DNA of 64,000 nucleotides from an uncultured Bacteroidia bacterium (GTDB lineage Bacteria; Bacteroidota; Bacteroidia; Bacteroidales; F082): NCBI GenBank assembly GCA_902801625.1, contig CADCJI010000006.1, positions 11,304 to 75,303 of the forward strand, read 5' to 3'. Shown piece by piece: positions 63,124 to 64,000 of this stretch (position 1 is its first letter; each line of letters starts with the position of its first letter). The notes under the pieces were generated by a model. It saw only the letters and a program-made list of their open reading frames with translations, ran no database searches and was not told where the DNA came from. The position numbers and the translations under genes were made by a program.

Positions 63124-64000
63124 ATGCTCTTCAACTCCATCCAATTCGCGATATTTCTTCCGATACTCTTCCTGCTCTATTGGTTCGTGTTCAACCGCTT
63201 CATCAGCAAGTCGAAGTGGCAGTTGCATTTGCAGAACGCCTTTGTTGTGGTGGCAAGTTATGTGTTTTACGGCTGGTGGGATTGGCGTTTTTTGCTGTTG
63301 ATTGCTTTTACTTCTTTCTGTTCATGGGGAAGCGGAATACTCATCGGAAATGCCGATTCGAAGAAAAAAGCCAAAACCTGGATGTGGCTGAATATCGTGC
63401 TGAATCTTGGCATTTTGGCATTATTCAAGTACTACGACTTCTTCGTCACCGAGTTTGCCGAACTATTCAACATCTCCACTGATGGCTTGTTGCTGAAAGT
63501 GATACTCCCAGTTGGCATCTCGTTCTACACTTTCCAAGCCATATCCTACTCCATCGATGTCTGCCGGGGCAAGATTGAGCCCACTAAGGACATTGTGGCC
63601 CTCTTCGCATTCATTTCATTCTTCCCCCAACTGGTTGCGGACCCTATCGAGCGCGCAACGAACCTCTTGCCCCAATTCTTGAAAAAGCGCGAATTCAACT
63701 ACGACAACGCCGACGACGGAATGCGACAGATACTTTGGGGTCTGTTCAAGAAGATTTCTGTTCAAGAAGATTATGGTGGCCGACAACTGCGCGGTGTATG
63801 TCGACCAAGTATTCTCGACCTATACGGAGCAAAGTGGAAGCACTTTGCTCCTTGCAGCCATATTCTTTACTTTCCAGATTTACGGTGACTTCTCCGGCTA
63901 TTCTGACATTGCCATTGGTACGGCCAAGTTGTTTGGCATAAAACTGATGCGCAATTTCAACGTACCTTATTTTAGTAGGGACATAGCCGAATTTTGGCGC
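63124..64000 (+). pseudogene. Second MBOAT-family O-acyltransferase (AlgI-like), frame broken by a 16-bp tandem duplication; 3' end beyond the window
   Basis: Frame 1 gives MLFNSIQFAIFLPILFLLYW..LPVGISFYTFQAISYSID..RQILWGLFKKI. After 63772 the family sequence continues in the +1 frame: MVADNCAVYVDQVF..FQIYGDFSGYSDIAIGTAKLFGIKLMRNFNVPYFSRDIAEFWR. Confidence 0.75.
63741..63772. repeat. Perfect 16-bp tandem duplication (tctgttcaagaagatt x2)
   Basis: Read directly: 63741-63756 equals 63757-63772. Deleting one copy restores the MBOAT reading frame. Confidence 0.95.

Overview
This is a 64-kb chromosomal segment from a Bacteroidota bacterium that looks Prevotellaceae-like. The assignment rests on recurrent TAnnTTTG promoter boxes, many type IX secretion (T9SS) C-terminal sorting domains, Sec signal peptides of the MKK...AQ type, and a strong GC3 bias that creates long antisense shadow ORFs. 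Housekeeping genes are uvrA (5'-truncated), rsmG, an M16 peptidase, an MFS transporter, lplA, miaB and mtaB, rpsT, radC, wecB, rpsF-rpsR-rplI, a TrmH-family methyltransferase, mazG, envelope genes, two mevalonate-pathway genes and an MsbA-like ABC exporter. Five accessory features stand out. (1) A Kgp-like and an Rgp-like C25 (gingipain-family) protease each end in a dockerin-type duplicated Ca-binding segment instead of adhesin domains plus a T9SS CTD. The adjacent 1584-aa T9SS-anchored adhesin contains a cohesin-like module, which suggests a cohesin-dockerin assembled protease-adhesin complex. (2) An archaeal-type GatE-GatD pair is present. (3) Immediately downstream lies a Dlt/Alg-like surface O-acylation cluster (80-aa carrier protein, MBOAT, DltD/SGNH-like protein, second MBOAT). 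Its carrier seems to be loaded by an FkbH-like enzyme, a split transketolase and a hotdog protein rather than by an adenylating ligase. The second MBOAT is frameshifted by a perfect 16-bp tandem duplication. (4) Several families of structured intergenic repeats occur: a ~130-bp nested-palindrome element in 5 copies, heptamer-periodic inverted arrays, TTTAGAG/TTTAGGG heptamer arrays, a MITE-like element, and a REP-like palindrome. Single arms of that palindrome also occur in frame (encoding GPSTxS) inside wecB and the mevalonate decarboxylase gene. (5) Other items are two paralogous PIN toxin-antitoxin pairs, tandem T9SS cargo paralogues and an extreme low-complexity lipoprotein. No rRNA, tRNA or CRISPR array was found. 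All homology calls come from motif recognition by eye and were not confirmed by searches.
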